Positions 63,176-64,000 of a stretch of DNA of 64,000 nucleotides are shown here, piece by piece; the first letter of the stretch is position 1; the number at the start of each line of letters is the position of its first letter. The notes beneath the pieces were generated by a model. That model was not told the DNA's origin, searched no databases, and saw only the letters and a list, made by a program, of their open reading frames with translations. The translations under genes were made by a program, and so were the position numbers. Source of the DNA: Candidatus Latescibacterota bacterium (GTDB lineage: Bacteria > Krumholzibacteriota > Krumholzibacteriia > WVZY01); the NCBI GenBank assembly GCA_963791045.1, contig CAWBQK010000017.1:1-64000 (forward strand). Direction: 5' to 3'.

Positions 63176-63229
63176 TTAGGCGGCGATTCGCGTTATGAGA
63201 GATTGCCGGTCAGAACGAACATGACAATG

Positions 63230-63265
63230 AAAAGAGGGCCGAAGCAGCATTGCGCTTCGGCCCTC
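63230..63265. terminator. Intrinsic terminator between convergent genes
   Basis: GAGGGCCGAAGC / GCTTCGGCCCTC stem; A-tract on the left gives a U-tract on the minus strand. Confidence 0.7.
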
Positions 63266-63296
63266 GATGTATTTCTAGGTGGTTTTGCGTAAGACG

Positions 63297-63998
63297 CTAC
63301 TTGCCGACGATCAACATGCACTCGCTGGCCTCAAACGTCGTACCGTCACTGAGCATGCCGGTGAGTGTGAGCTCAATGACATCGCCGCGTGACAGGGGAC
63401 CCAGAGTGGCGACAATCGCCTGGGTCGAGAACTTCAATGTCAGGTCGGTGATGCCGTCTTCGTAGCCTTCCGCACACTCGCAATCCTCGGTGGTTTCTCC
63501 CGCGGGTCCGGCTACGTCCTCATGATTGGAACGAAGCGGGGACACGCCATTGATTTCGATCGAAGATACGTCGATATCGTCGATGTCCATGCCGTCACTT
63601 CCGAGGAGCGCCATTGGAAGCACGCCTTTGGATCTGGGATTCAACGGGTTGGGGCAGCCTCCAGGCTTGATCACGAGAGTCATTTCAGCGACTTCGGGGT
63701 CGCCACAGTCGCCGCCGCCCTGGCCGCAAACTGGCGCAAAACCCATGCCCTGGGGGGTTGTACCGGTGACGGGAATAATATTTGAGACGGCCGCGGTTGC
63801 GACGTCGATCTCAAACAGTTCGCCGCCGCTGTATTTCGCGGTACCGTAGAGGGTATTGCCGGTGGGGTCGAAAGCGATCGTGCCGATTATGCTTTGGCCA
63901 AGGGCAAGAGTGTCGATCTCCGTGAACGCGGCGGTCTCAATGTCGATAGTGCCGAAACGATTGGTTCCTCCCAACTCGGCGCCGTATAGAACGCCGGT
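63297..63998 (-). CDS. 3' part of a probable secreted propeller-repeat protein with C-terminal IKPGxCPNPLN domain; runs off window end
   Basis: Frame open to the edge (TGVLYGAELGG...); AFDPTGNTLYG blades; IKPGGCPNPLNPRSKGVLPMALLG...DGITDLTLKF. Confidence 0.7.
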   Translation of the reverse strand, partial: TGVLYGAELGGTNRFGTIDIETAAFTEIDTLALGQSIIGTIAFDPTGNTLYGTAKYSGGELFEIDVATAAVSNIIPVTGTTPQGMGFAPVCGQGGGDCGDPEVAEMTLVIKPGGCPNPLNPRSKGVLPMALLGSDGMDIDDIDVSSIEINGVSPLRSNHEDVAGPAGETTEDCECAEGYEDGITDLTLKFSTQAIVATLGPLSRGDVIELTLTGMLSDGTTFEASECMLIVGK

Positions 63999-64000
63999 CA

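Overview
Gene-dense bacterial chromosomal window. It contains no CRISPR array, rRNA, integrase or transposase that I can recognise. The secreted-protein signatures (FlgD-Ig/T9SS-like tail, TWGxIK tails) suggest an FCB-group candidate lineage such as Krumholzibacteriota/Latescibacterota; this is an inference. Housekeeping content: tRNA-Leu-tig-clpP-clpX-lon-engB-aminotransferase-serA, purA-tRNA-Lys, tRNA-Glu, a DtxR-FeoA regulator with feoB, and a propionyl-/methylmalonyl-CoA operon carrying many single-base indels that are probably assembly errors. It also encodes several secreted peptidases and a corrinoid / homocysteine methyltransferase / activation domain / MttB operon. Four elements missed by the ORF track were read by hand: ribosomal protein Thx, a Memo-like gene with a signal peptide, a darP/yjgA pseudogene and an Omp85 remnant. 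The strongest novelty candidate is an intact ~920-aa DnaE (Pol III alpha) paralogue at 55199-57958. Most of its catalytic and dNTP-binding residues are replaced, it lacks the OB and tau-binding domains, and it ends in a beta-clamp-binding-like motif (QMELPF), so it may be a C-family pseudo-polymerase. Other highlights are an M6 protease with HExxH changed to HHxxH, a putative folate-independent methylamine-to-methionine module, and a shared TWGxIK C-terminal motif.
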